Virus record (IMG/VR): IMGVR_UViG_3300045988_138000
DNA: 64,000 nucleotides
Direction: 5' to 3' (one strand)
Source of the DNA: a virus
Both the position numbers and the translations under genes were made by a program. Numbering within the stretch: position 1 is the stretch's first letter; each line of letters begins with the position of its first letter. This document shows, in pieces, positions 52,481 through 62,182 of the stretch. The notes under the pieces were generated by a model, which saw only the letters and a program-made list of their open reading frames with translations, was not told the origin of the DNA and made no database searches.

Positions 52481-55400
52481 TCAGAATGGTAGACCATTGT
52501 CTTCCATCTTGGGTACCTGTTCCGCCAGGTTACTGCCATTGTTGGCGTTCTGATTACCTGTTCTTCTGCCCTGTCGACGGGAAACGAAAGTCTTCCATCG
52601 TTCTTCCTCCTCGGTGGTGAGTGTGATGATGTTGCCATCGTCATCACGGTAAGGCAATGGGTCTGGTCCCTCGACATATTCTTTTGCCATCCGTTTCAGG
52701 TCATCGTAATTGTCGGGTATATGGTCTTTACCTGAACGGAAGAAGAAATACACGTGCTTGCTGGTTTCCACCTTTCGGATGTATTTCGGCTCTACGGTAT
52801 CGTCGTTCTCCCACTCCTTGCCGACGAAGTATTCCTTCGTTACCCATGCACGGAGCTTAAAGCATCCATGCCGCTTGTTGTCCTCGCTCACCAGAAGGTG
52901 TTCGGGATTCACAATGATATTCATGTTCTTGCAGTACTTGCGTATCTTCTTCTTGAAGGTGGCACGGCTATATTCCTTGCTCTTACCTTCGGAAGCATCC
53001 GCCCAATCGCGCATGAACTCATTAAACATCTCATCGGTACAGATAGGCGCGGCATACACCTCCTGCCGGGCAAAGAACCACTCAAAGTACTTCACGGAGT
53101 TCTCGGTCAGCTCTCTTACCATCAGTCGGCGCTGTACGTTCTTCTGCGGTGCGATGACGAACTCATGATATTTCATGATAAACTGCACGGACAAGGCACA
53201 GATGTATATCGCCTGGTTGCGGTCGTATTCATTCAACTGCTCGGGGTCAGTAGCGAGATTTTTCATGACCTCCTGTGGTGATCGGGCCAACTGATGCTGC
53301 ATGTGGTTCGCACGACAGAAGCGGTCGGATAAAGACACCAAGGGGAAACGTCCGATCGTCGACGAGTCATCATCACTCAACTGCGAATTGCTGGTAATCA
53401 CGTTGACAGGTGAGTCCTCCAACTTGAGTGTCACCGGGTCACCAAACTTTCGCTCTATCATCGCTCCTGCTGTAACCTTGTTGTAGAAGTACTTCATCGG
53501 GAATGAAGCAGGCTTATCTTCCCAATGTATCAACCTATACTTACCTGGATATATCAGGAGGTTGGAAAGACTGAACTGGGCATTATTGATAGTCGTAAAA
53601 TTCTTCATGTCGACACGCAGGACGTTGATAGCCGAAGCAACAAACGTGTTGACCAACAGCGATTTTCCAGAGCCGCCACTCGCCTCTTTCTCGTCTTCCA
53701 CCTGATCTTCCAAGAGGTAAGGACAGACACTCTGCATGTCCTTCCAGGAGCGATAGCAGATACGGCCAATGCAGGAAATCATGTTAGCGAAATGAGAATT
53801 GATGGTAGCCACTGCGGTGGAGTCCAATTCTTTCTTGTTGCGTATGGCATCCTGCTCCAGTCGCCATAATGTATTGGAACAGCCGCGTATGACTCGCAAT
53901 ACAGGCCACAGCTCTTTCTCCTGCTTGCCGTGCCAGTCAACTTGCCACCTGAAGGTCTGCGCCCATTCGCTTAACTCAACGCGCATCTGCGTGATTTCCT
54001 CGTTGCTGAAAACAGGCGATCCGTCCTCATTGCGCATGACCGCCTTTTGGTCAATAGCACTTTTGCGGTCGAGATATTCCTGACTCTCACTGATGGTGAA
54101 AGGCGCATGAAACACCCTCATCGTGAAGTCGTAAGGCTTCTTTGCCAAAGCTGGGATGAAGAAGTTGATATGGTCGTAACTGACAGGAGTGATGGCCTCC
54201 GGCGTGATTTTCAATGCCACGTTGCGGAAGAAGAAATATTCCATCCGCTCATTGAAAGACTCGTTGAAGTCAATGACCATCGACTGCAAACCTCCAGCCG
54301 ATTTCTCTGAGAAGTTTTTGTCGATAAGGTTGGCTGCATCCGACATCATGCGCTGTTCCTCATCGTTATATCGCCAACTTTGCTCGATAAACTCAAGGAG
54401 TTTGGTCTTCACAGCCTGGATAATGCTCTTCGAGTCGATATACTCTACGAAGCATCGGTCAAGGTGTATGAATTGGCCCACGAGGTCGGTGCTCTCAGGG
54501 TCTATCATTCGATAATAGCCTAACGAGGTCATAAAAAGCCACACCTTTGTAGGACTTACCTTACAGGTCGGTGGCTTGGGCTTACCGCTTCTTGGGTCAC
54601 GGGGATATTCTATCTCGAAAGGGTCGGTATTGTTGGCACCGCGCAATTTTGAATACAGAGGCAAACGAATATCATGATCGAAACGGAAATTATCTGCATC
54701 GGTCATGCGAAACGTCAACATATAATCGCGTACACTACGAGGGGAACAGCCATAGAGCCACTGCCATCGCTGGTTATATCTCACCCTGAAAGCATCAGGC
54801 AACATCGCATAACAAAGATCGCTATACTTGGTGGCAATAGCACCGCAGTCGCGCTGACTGCTGATGTCGTTAGGGTATAGCATGATGATTTTTTCGGCGA
54901 AACGCTTCATCTTCTGGTACTGCACAGCGTTGAAGTCCAGTTTCTCCTGTCGCCACTGACCGCGGTCGATATACCAGAAGTTTCTTCTTCCTACTGAGAA
55001 GGCTACATGATACCAGCATTTCTGCTGAAAATGAGTGTCGCCATCTTTATCCTTACGAAGGGACCGCATGGCATAATAGATGCTGATTGCATCCTCGGGA
55101 GTCCGGCAGAAAATGATGTTCTGCGCCTTGATGGCTGCTGCCGGAATTTCTTCGTCTTCCTGGTGGAAAGTACCTTTTGGCGTACCGTCCTTCAATTCAT
55201 TCTCCACCCATATTTTTTTGTTTTCGGTGTAGACTTCATCGGGCTGCCACTTACTGATGGCAGCATGGACGCCCGTCGTGTTGGAGTCACGATGGTCCAT
55301 GGCGTAAGTGAACACCTTGTCGCCCATCAGCCACCGGCTTACTTTTTTGACGGAGTGCTCTTCGGTAGTGGAAAAGACGATGGGGGACTGCTGCATGGCA

Positions 55401-56161
55401 GGACGGAAAAGGCAACCGCAAGAGCCCTGCGGCGCAATCACATCAGTAGCAAAACAGACAAAGAGGGGATTCCATGGCGTGCCATAAATAACCTCGCTTA
55501 CCTGCTTGCCATCTCTTACGGCATTAGGTAATGTCACTTGGTCAACCGCATAGATACGAAAATCGTCATTCAACATCTTTGTGTTGAAATCCCGACCGAA
55601 ACCGAAAGAAGGCAAGCCTTTTACCATTGTCACCTCGCAGCCCAAAGCAGCCAGTTCCTGTGGATTAAAATCAACCTTTGGGATAAAAGAAAAGGTGTCA
55701 ATATTCTGCACGGCAATGGTGCGATAGTCCATCTTGGAGAAGAGCATAGGATATTTCGCCCTCACGTTCTCAGCATCGCCGTACACTCTTACCACAAGAT
55801 CGTGGCAAAGACGGAGCAGACTGGCTCCGTGCATAGGCAGATTGCGCATGGCAGCATATAGTTCCAGGGCTCCATATCCATGTTTGCCGGTCTTGGTACA
55901 CATCCACCTCACGGCACCATGCTCTGCCTGTCTGTCATCATCCACCCCTACACCATTATAGAGACCACCTCGCTCGTCCTTATAAATAATAAGGTGCGGT
56001 GTCTGTTTCGCTTTGCTTCCGGCATCGTCATTAGCTGCCTCCTTCTGGCAGAAGGGACAGAAACAAGCTGTCTGTCCCTCGATACACTGGTTCTCGGCAG
56101 GCTTCACGAGAAAAGTCATGTCGAGATTGGCAAGCTGGTTGATGATAGGATGAAATAACAT
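52481..56161 (-). CDS. large primase-helicase (Zn-finger N-terminus, P-loop SF3/D5-like helicase domain)
   Basis: CFCPFCQKE...WMCTKTGKHG is Zn-binding-like. Walker A is EASGGSGKSLL near residue 880. 1226 aa, in the replication cluster. Confidence 0.65.
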   Translation of the reverse strand: MLFHPIINQLANLDMTFLVKPAENQCIEGQTACFCPFCQKEAANDDAGSKAKQTPHLIIYKDERGGLYNGVGVDDDRQAEHGAVRWMCTKTGKHGYGALELYAAMRNLPMHGASLLRLCHDLVVRVYGDAENVRAKYPMLFSKMDYRTIAVQNIDTFSFIPKVDFNPQELAALGCEVTMVKGLPSFGFGRDFNTKMLNDDFRIYAVDQVTLPNAVRDGKQVSEVIYGTPWNPLFVCFATDVIAPQGSCGCLFRPAMQQSPIVFSTTEEHSVKKVSRWLMGDKVFTYAMDHRDSNTTGVHAAISKWQPDEVYTENKKIWVENELKDGTPKGTFHQEDEEIPAAAIKAQNIIFCRTPEDAISIYYAMRSLRKDKDGDTHFQQKCWYHVAFSVGRRNFWYIDRGQWRQEKLDFNAVQYQKMKRFAEKIIMLYPNDISSQRDCGAIATKYSDLCYAMLPDAFRVRYNQRWQWLYGCSPRSVRDYMLTFRMTDADNFRFDHDIRLPLYSKLRGANNTDPFEIEYPRDPRSGKPKPPTCKVSPTKVWLFMTSLGYYRMIDPESTDLVGQFIHLDRCFVEYIDSKSIIQAVKTKLLEFIEQSWRYNDEEQRMMSDAANLIDKNFSEKSAGGLQSMVIDFNESFNERMEYFFFRNVALKITPEAITPVSYDHINFFIPALAKKPYDFTMRVFHAPFTISESQEYLDRKSAIDQKAVMRNEDGSPVFSNEEITQMRVELSEWAQTFRWQVDWHGKQEKELWPVLRVIRGCSNTLWRLEQDAIRNKKELDSTAVATINSHFANMISCIGRICYRSWKDMQSVCPYLLEDQVEDEKEASGGSGKSLLVNTFVASAINVLRVDMKNFTTINNAQFSLSNLLIYPGKYRLIHWEDKPASFPMKYFYNKVTAGAMIERKFGDPVTLKLEDSPVNVITSNSQLSDDDSSTIGRFPLVSLSDRFCRANHMQHQLARSPQEVMKNLATDPEQLNEYDRNQAIYICALSVQFIMKYHEFVIAPQKNVQRRLMVRELTENSVKYFEWFFARQEVYAAPICTDEMFNEFMRDWADASEGKSKEYSRATFKKKIRKYCKNMNIIVNPEHLLVSEDNKRHGCFKLRAWVTKEYFVGKEWENDDTVEPKYIRKVETSKHVYFFFRSGKDHIPDNYDDLKRMAKEYVEGPDPLPYRDDDGNIITLTTEEEERWKTFVSRRQGRRTGNQNANNGSNLAEQVPKMEDNGLPF

Positions 56162-56691
56162 ATCTCGTTGTTAGTATATATTAGTTAAAAGAAAGAAAAA
56201 CCGACCGAAGCGGACAGGCAAAACTTTTAGAGACAACCATCGTCTTGGCTCATACACGAAGGCAAATGAATCAAAGATACTTTCTATCTTCAAGAATCCA
56301 CTGTACTCCGCATATTTCCGAGGTCGTAGTGTACTTTCGTACTCTACTCCAGAGCTTTCGACAATGGTATATGAGTGAAGCCGCGGACATTTCTGTTACC
56401 GCTATCCGCTTCCATGGCTGAGGTCGGTCTTTCGTTTCTTTTCATATTTTTTCTTCTTAAAAGGAAAGGCAACAGCGATGCGCCAAACTTCAGAGTTGAA
56501 CAACACTTTTTGATGCAGGTTTTCATGACTATTCTCTCAGGCTTACCTACCTCGTTTTGTGCTGCCGTATGATTATCAGAGAGGTATTGCTACACTCTCC
56601 ATCGCTGCGCCTTCCCCGTGAGTGGGACTCGCTCTAAGAACAAATCCCTATATATATGGAACACGATATGGCAAAAACGTGTTTAGGGCTT
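56162..56691 (-). other. 530-nt untranslated spacer, candidate structured RNA or leader
   Basis: No convincing ORF (only 60- and 65-aa overlapping ORFs). GNRA hairpin GUAC-GAAA-GUAC (56331-56342), UUCG-type hairpin plus U5 (56196-56215), 8-bp long-range complement (56473-56480 / 56600-56607). Confidence 0.3.
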
Positions 56692-57186
56692 TTATAAATT
56701 CAGAAATGTTTCCAGCCGATAGTGCCGGACGGTGCAGTTGCATATCGCCTGGCACTTATATACAAGCAAGCGAGTGAACTCTGTAAGCGAGATAAACTGC
56801 TCGTCAAGTCCTATTATCTGCACTTCCGTTCTCCAGTAGCACTTCCTATTCTTCCATCGGCAGGAATGACTCTCCATGATGCGCAAGTCTTTCACTCTGC
56901 CCGCCATCAGGGGATAGAAGTATTGGCATACATCTTTCAGGAGCTCAAACGGCGCATAGAACAATAAGGTGGGTATCTCGTCATCCAATCCTCTCTTCGT
57001 CTCTGTGTAGGCGAGACGATGCAGGAAGTTGTGTTTGGAATGGCGTCCAGCCTTGGATATATTCTTGCGGTTGGGAACGTATGGCATCCACAGATAATCC
57101 TTTCGTATGATTTTTGCCACGGCTACATTTCTGTTTGCAAACGACAAGAACTGAACGCATCGTGTACCATTCCCATCATCTTCCAT
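56692..57186 (-). CDS. hypothetical protein (164 aa; alternative start at 57087 gives 131 aa)
   Basis: Track ORF. The first 64 nt overlap the exonuclease gene, so the internal Met (MPYVPNRK) may be the true start. Confidence 0.5.
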   Translation of the reverse strand: MEDDGNGTRCVQFLSFANRNVAVAKIIRKDYLWMPYVPNRKNISKAGRHSKHNFLHRLAYTETKRGLDDEIPTLLFYAPFELLKDVCQYFYPLMAGRVKDLRIMESHSCRWKNRKCYWRTEVQIIGLDEQFISLTEFTRLLVYKCQAICNCTVRHYRLETFLNL

Positions 57187-57830
57187 GTGGAAAGAATGCT
57201 GCGCTTACAATCATATATGGGAGAATGGGTAGCCCCGTTGTTCAGTCCGTAGATAACGAAATCGGTCTCTCTTTCGTCCGTAAGCGCATAAGCTTTATCT
57301 GTTGTAAACTCTTCTTCGTCCGAGATGAAACAACGAGCCATCTCCAAATAGTAAGTACGATGGTCACGAAAATTGGTGTGCTTAATGCCGAAGCGAAGCC
57401 CCATCTTGTGACAGATGTTGCGCAGTATCGCCACGTCAAAGTCGGTGCCCTGCGCCCAGAGATAAATCTCGTCTTCGTGAAGTTTCGTGCGGGTGTCCTC
57501 CATCCAGTCCATGAGGTCCTTTACAACCACGTCGATGGGCTGGCAGGGGCAATCCTCGCTGTCGTTGTCAAGAAGGGCTGCCTTTGCTTCGTCATTCTGA
57601 CGAGCCCACCAGTCTGCCGTACTCTGATCGAAGGTAAAGCCGTTCAGAAACTCGCTTCTCAAGTCTACATGTTCGGTAAACTCAGGAAAACTCAATCTAC
57701 CGTCATTCTCGCCGAAGAATGGACTTCTGTCACCATTCCGATCCCATGCCACTGCCGCAATACTCATTACTGCAGCAGTGGGGGCAAGCGAACACGTTTC
57801 AAGATCTACTGTAATATCAATCATTTGCAA
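57123..57830 (-). CDS. DEDDh 3-prime-5-prime exonuclease (Rv2179c-like family)
   Basis: ITVDLETCS (Exo I), WAQGTDFDVAIL (Exo II) and THSPIYDC (Exo III, H-x4-D). Confidence 0.7.
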   Translation of the reverse strand: MQMIDITVDLETCSLAPTAAVMSIAAVAWDRNGDRSPFFGENDGRLSFPEFTEHVDLRSEFLNGFTFDQSTADWWARQNDEAKAALLDNDSEDCPCQPIDVVVKDLMDWMEDTRTKLHEDEIYLWAQGTDFDVAILRNICHKMGLRFGIKHTNFRDHRTYYLEMARCFISDEEEFTTDKAYALTDERETDFVIYGLNNGATHSPIYDCKRSILSTWKMMGMVHDAFSSCRLQTEM

Positions 57831-57871
57831 TTAAAACTCTATATATTATAATAAAGGTATAAGAAATCTTC

Positions 57872-58360
57872 TTACTTACTCATATACTCCCTCAGTAAAG
57901 AGGTGATGCCCTCCTGCTCCCAAGGTTTCCAATCATCGGAACTGAAGCGCTTGATGGTAACACCCATGCACATGCCTTTGTCTTGCATAAATCGGAAGAA
58001 ACGAGTGCAAAGTCCCTTCTCTTTTTTCAGACAGGCATAGAACACACCAGGCTCGTCGCTACAAGCCATGTCATAGAGAGATTTTCCTTCTCCGTCATTG
58101 TCAGTATCAGGCGCAGTCTCGTGGCTCTTCAGTACTTCAGCTATTTCGGGGATAGACAGGAACTGGCGTTTGCACTCCTTTGTTCCCATAATCTCCCAAA
58201 GAGAAAAGCCCTTCTGAAAGAACCGCAGATAGAAGGTTGGACTGGTAAATCCTTTCTCAAGTAAGAAGCTCGATAAATGCTTCTTTTCATCGGGCGTCAT
58301 GTCTTTGACATCTAACGCAGTACTTGGGATAGAGATTTTTTCTATATTTTCCTTTGTCAT
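57872..58360 (-). CDS. hypothetical early protein (162 aa)
   Basis: Track ORF 57872..58450 starts at TTG inside the promoter. Start moved to ATG 58360 (MTKENIEKIS), 27 nt downstream of the -7 box. Confidence 0.55.
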   Translation of the reverse strand: MTKENIEKISIPSTALDVKDMTPDEKKHLSSFLLEKGFTSPTFYLRFFQKGFSLWEIMGTKECKRQFLSIPEIAEVLKSHETAPDTDNDGEGKSLYDMACSDEPGVFYACLKKEKGLCTRFFRFMQDKGMCMGVTIKRFSSDDWKPWEQEGITSLLREYMSK

Positions 58361-58386
58361 TTGAAATCTTTTGATTAAATTTGTTG

Positions 58387-58394
58387 CAAATTTA
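58387..58394 (-). promoter_or_regulatory. early promoter -7 box (module 3)
   Basis: Minus strand TAAATTTGCAAC is identical to module 2. The conserved upstream AAAATACCCGAGATAT is present. Confidence 0.55.
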
Positions 58395-58443
58395 AGAATT
58401 AAAACCGAAACTATAATATATCTCGGGTATTTTCTTTCTTTAA

Positions 58444-58475
58444 TTTGCAAGATTTAACTTATCCGAGGTATTTTG
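58444..58475 (+). promoter_or_regulatory. candidate divergent promoter for the HTH regulator gene
   Basis: Plus strand TTTG (58444-58447), N21, then TATTTTG (58469-58475), about 50 nt upstream of ATG 58526. Confidence 0.4.
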
Positions 58476-58525
58476 AGATAAATAACGGCGAATAGCCGAG
58501 GTGTAATATTATAATTTTAACAATT

Positions 58526-59239
58526 ATGAAGTACGAGTACAATTATTCCTTCCTTGAGAGATGGATGTCAGCCAACGAAAAGATAGATGGCAAGCGAATA
58601 TTACAGGCTATTGGGTCTACCAGTAATCAAAGTCTAAGACTGTATCTGGACAGAAAATGTCCGATGCCTGTCATCAGCATTCTTCGCTTTTGCAACACGT
58701 TCCATGTACCTATCTCAGCTTTCATTGTCGACAAAGAAAAATATCTTGGATATGCCGAAGATTCTAAAGGTATAGAGACAGAAAGTGAGGTCATCCCACT
58801 CGACAGCGACGCTTTTGAGCCTGTTGAAGGCTATATCAAGAACGGCGAGAAGCGGACACACGGCAGTCGTTCTCTTCGTAACCCGATAGACGTAGAACAG
58901 CAAACATCTATCGTTCCCGGCATCATCTTCAAGAAGAATATCAGTTGTGAGCCATCGGGTTGCGCGACAATCACAGACCATAGAGCGGATGCTGAAGTGG
59001 TAGAGTCGAAGACTCCTGACGAAAACACTCCCATCACTGATGTTACAGAAGCAAACTACAGCAGAAACTTGGTTGACCGTCTTTTGGGAATCATCAATGA
59101 GCAACAGAAACTGATGAATGACCAACAAAAAGAGATTGCTGCACTCACCAAGCAGCTACTTGAGGTAAGAGCAAACGGCAATGCGATGGTACGAAATACG
59201 ATGATGGGCATAGCCGCAGACGACATCCATCATGAGTGA
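58526..59239 (+). CDS. putative HTH transcriptional regulator (repressor-like) with a C-terminal coiled coil
   Basis: The only rightward gene in this region, divergent from the early operon. N-terminus ILQAIGSTSNQSLRLYLDRKCPMPVISILRFCNTFHVPISAFI is XRE-like. C-terminal heptads are present. Confidence 0.4.
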   Translation: MKYEYNYSFLERWMSANEKIDGKRILQAIGSTSNQSLRLYLDRKCPMPVISILRFCNTFHVPISAFIVDKEKYLGYAEDSKGIETESEVIPLDSDAFEPVEGYIKNGEKRTHGSRSLRNPIDVEQQTSIVPGIIFKKNISCEPSGCATITDHRADAEVVESKTPDENTPITDVTEANYSRNLVDRLLGIINEQQKLMNDQQKEIAALTKQLLEVRANGNAMVRNTMMGIAADDIHHE

Positions 59240-59271
59240 GTGACATTTCACCCACAGGTATGAACAAAGAA

Positions 59272-59303
59272 GCAGCCATCTATCCTCACGGACGGATGGC
59301 TGC
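59272..59303. terminator. bidirectional hairpin between convergent genes
   Basis: GCAGCCATC-N13-GGATGGCTGC, a 9-10 bp stem. Confidence 0.55.
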
Positions 59304-59382
59304 ATTGTAACTTAAAAAATCCGTAAACTTAAAAATAAAGAAATAACCGTCCCCTACGCTTAGGGGAAAATAATCTATTAAC

Positions 59383-59949
59383 CTATGAATAATCTTGTTC
59401 GTTAATGAAAGCCATACGACGACGGAAAAACTCTTTCTCGCCCGTAAGAATACAATCGGGCGACGTGCTCTCGTATGGAATATCTGTGTACCAGAATCCG
59501 TGATGCAAAAAGAGAGGCGGCGTAGTGTCGCCAAAGCTGAACGGAACGGGTACCTCGTTTCCTTCCTTGTCCTTTGCCGTAACAGGCTTAAAGGCAAAGA
59601 TGTCAATTAGCTTTGTCTCGCTTACAACGGGGAGCGCCTGCATCTCCTTCTCTAAGTCACTTCCTTTGATGGGAGTAAAGTAGGGCGTGCTCTGATAGCC
59701 TTCTGGTCTTGGTACTCTTACGTTTTCCCAGCCTTCCTTACTGACAGTATTTTTAAACTCGACAAAGAGAATGCCACCAGCATAGCCATCGCACGTTTCG
59801 TAGTAAGCATCAGCATGAACACTTTCTGCCCACGCACGAGCCTTTTCCTGGGCTTCCTTACATTCGTCGATAAACTCCTGCAGCTTCTTGCCTACCTCGC
59901 TGTCGGCTGCAAACTTGTAATAATAATGGGGTCTTTTTTTGCTACTCAT
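59383..59949 (-). CDS. hypothetical protein (188 aa)
   Basis: Track ORF. Confidence 0.55.
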   Translation of the reverse strand: MSSKKRPHYYYKFAADSEVGKKLQEFIDECKEAQEKARAWAESVHADAYYETCDGYAGGILFVEFKNTVSKEGWENVRVPRPEGYQSTPYFTPIKGSDLEKEMQALPVVSETKLIDIFAFKPVTAKDKEGNEVPVPFSFGDTTPPLFLHHGFWYTDIPYESTSPDCILTGEKEFFRRRMAFINEQDYS

Positions 59950-59968
59950 AACTTCTATATTTTATTAT

Positions 59969-60298
59969 TTAACGAAAAAATTTATCACCTTCTTCTCCAG
60001 TTCTGCGCATTCGGCAATAGATAACAGGCTCACCGCTTTCGTCGTTTTTCATACTGAAACCACGAAGTGCCAACTCCTGAAGATAAAGGACAAGAGGGTC
60101 GCCATAAGGGCATACCACTGCCTTGAAGTAGGTCCTCAACTTCGAGTCGTTAAACACATCGCAGTCCTCCGTCCAAGCGCTCAGGGGCTTATAGGTCCGA
60201 CAGAACGCCTCTATCTTGGATTCAATCACGAAATCATCAAGCGTAACCACCGCCTGATCGTTATTGTCAATAAAATCGTCTTTCTTCTTTCTGCCCAT
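59969..60298 (-). CDS. hypothetical protein (109 aa)
   Basis: Track ORF 59969..60427 with the start moved to MGRKKKDDF (ATG 60298), removing the overlap with 60322..60930. Confidence 0.5.
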   Translation of the reverse strand: MGRKKKDDFIDNNDQAVVTLDDFVIESKIEAFCRTYKPLSAWTEDCDVFNDSKLRTYFKAVVCPYGDPLVLYLQELALRGFSMKNDESGEPVIYCRMRRTGEEGDKFFR

Positions 60299-60321
60299 AA
60301 CTATATTATATATAAGGAAAA

Positions 60322-60930
60322 CTATTTCTTTGTCTGCTTTCGATATTTGGCGACCAATACGCAAACGACAATCATCATAAATGCCAGAACGAAGGCCCTC
60401 ATCTGGATCTTGAATCTTCCCCACCATGAAGTAGTACTGTCCATAGCAGTATTTTTTTCTTTATCCAGATAGTTGCTGTCGTTTTTCTCCCAGTGGGTGC
60501 CAACATTCATCTTATTGCTCAACACCAGGCTGTCTATTGTAAGCTGCATCCGCGAGATGATTTCTTCCTGATGCTTCAGCCGTGCCTCGTAGGTGGCATT
60601 GCGCTCATAGTCGCCCTTACGGTGTATGGTTCGGTCGGTGGTGGTGGTCTTATTGCCCTGGGCATCCGTGCTCTCGGTCACTCGCTCAGTGATGGTCTCC
60701 TCGTTACTTCCCTTGTCGGTCATGGAGCCAGTAGTGAACTGTTCGGTGGTGGCAGCACTGATCGTACTGTCCATAGAAGTCTCCGACTTCACCACGCTGT
60801 CCTTAACGATGGCTACGACACTATCGCGCCGTTGCTCACTGCTCCACTTCTCCACCTTACGGGAGGAAGCGCAGCTCGCAAACATGATTACAGCCAGAAG
60901 CCATAACATTGCTGATTTGATTTTTTCCAT
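60322..60930 (-). CDS. lipoprotein with a C-terminal TM anchor (superinfection-exclusion-type architecture, inferred)
   Basis: Signal plus lipobox LLAVIMFASC. Ser/Thr-rich middle. C-terminal AFVLAFMMIVVCVLVA. Confidence 0.6.
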   Translation of the reverse strand: MEKIKSAMLWLLAVIMFASCASSRKVEKWSSEQRRDSVVAIVKDSVVKSETSMDSTISAATTEQFTTGSMTDKGSNEETITERVTESTDAQGNKTTTTDRTIHRKGDYERNATYEARLKHQEEIISRMQLTIDSLVLSNKMNVGTHWEKNDSNYLDKEKNTAMDSTTSWWGRFKIQMRAFVLAFMMIVVCVLVAKYRKQTKK

Positions 60931-61036
60931 AATTCGTCTTGTTGATTTACGCCTACAAAGTTAGAAAAAGCCGCTGACATCAACAGGACATACTAAAACA
61001 CCGCCTACCCTATGGAATGGGTAAGCGGTGTAATAA

Positions 61037-62182
61037 TCATTTATCCGATAAAGAATAATTCCAATTAACTATCTTGCCAAATACTTTGACGGAGCATTTT
61101 TTTACGTGCTTAATAACATCGTCGGTTAGACAACTCTCTACCCTTTCGCATTGCTCCCGACTTGCCTTTAAAAGTATAGTCTTTCCATCGTAGGACATAA
61201 ACCCAACCTTTCGCAGTTCGTCACCAGCCTCTCCATCAAGCATAGATAAGAGCTGCTGCCACTCTCTCTCCCCTGGCTGCTCATCAGCAAAGAGCAACGT
61301 CTGTTCCTTGGGCGCTGTCGCCTTCATCATCTCCTCGAAAGTATCGTAAACATTAAACTCGATAAAAGCAGGATTACCTACCTTGCGCTTACCATTGTAG
61401 ACAGGTTCATACGACACGCAAACGTCGAGTTGACCCATCTGCTTCAGTCGGTTTATATCGGCAATGCTATTGTCGAGTACATTCTTCTTGAATTGCGAAA
61501 ACTTAGGATAGGTCTCTTTCACAATTTCCGTACCACTAAATTCAAGCATACCTAAATACTTCTTGATTTTACTGACCGTAAGCCGGATTTTGCGCTCTTT
61601 CCAGTTATTGCCGCTTGCATCGCGCAGAATGTAATATATCATTGGCATACGCGCCACCTCACCAATCAAAGCAATGTTATCAGGATGTGACACATATCCC
61701 TCGGTCATATTGAAGGCATAGTCCAATACATAAAGGTGTTTGTCGGGATCTATCACTTGCGGGTTAAGCCCAAAAACAACTCCCGTGTTCTTAATAGACG
61801 TTTCGCCACTCAGAAAAACATTATACATGTGCATACCCCATGTACCATCCTCATTCTTCTTCGGACCTTCCACCTTTACGTCCAACACTTCTTTCATCGC
61901 TTGCTTCACGGCAAAGAAATTGTTTTCTGGTACACCTAACTCAGCATAGGAGATGTATATCTGGGTGACACCCGAATTTTTCACTGCCTCGGAGAACAGG
62001 GATTTGGGTACCTTGCGCGACTTAGCCAAATCTGAACCAAAGAACTCTTTTATGAAGGGCTGCAACTGCTCACTCACCTTCACCAGCACCGCCTGCTGCA
62101 ACAGCGACAGGTTCTTGCTCAACCTGGTGAAGGCAAAAGGCGTATTTATCCACTTTTGCGGTAATCGTTTCTCGTTTTCCAT
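61037..62182 (-). CDS. rep: plasmid-type replication initiator (Rep_3/RepB-like, tentative)
   Basis: 381-aa ORF whose start abuts the iteron array. N-terminal ...FTRLSKNLSLLQQAVLVKVSEQL resembles the Rep_3 N-terminal helix pattern. Confidence 0.6.
   Translation of the reverse strand: MENEKRLPQKWINTPFAFTRLSKNLSLLQQAVLVKVSEQLQPFIKEFFGSDLAKSRKVPKSLFSEAVKNSGVTQIYISYAELGVPENNFFAVKQAMKEVLDVKVEGPKKNEDGTWGMHMYNVFLSGETSIKNTGVVFGLNPQVIDPDKHLYVLDYAFNMTEGYVSHPDNIALIGEVARMPMIYYILRDASGNNWKERKIRLTVSKIKKYLGMLEFSGTEIVKETYPKFSQFKKNVLDNSIADINRLKQMGQLDVCVSYEPVYNGKRKVGNPAFIEFNVYDTFEEMMKATAPKEQTLLFADEQPGEREWQQLLSMLDGEAGDELRKVGFMSYDGKTILLKASREQCERVESCLTDDVIKHVKKCSVKVFGKIVNWNYSLSDK

Noticed and set aside
56521-56560. 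CUGAGA ... AACCUG on the minus strand of the 56-kb spacer, reminiscent of the TPP riboswitch core
   Set aside because: Only two short fragments match. The conserved ACCUGAUCUGGAUAAUGCCAGCG-type segment and the P1/P2 pairing are not present, and a thiamine riboswitch before a primase gene makes no biological sense.
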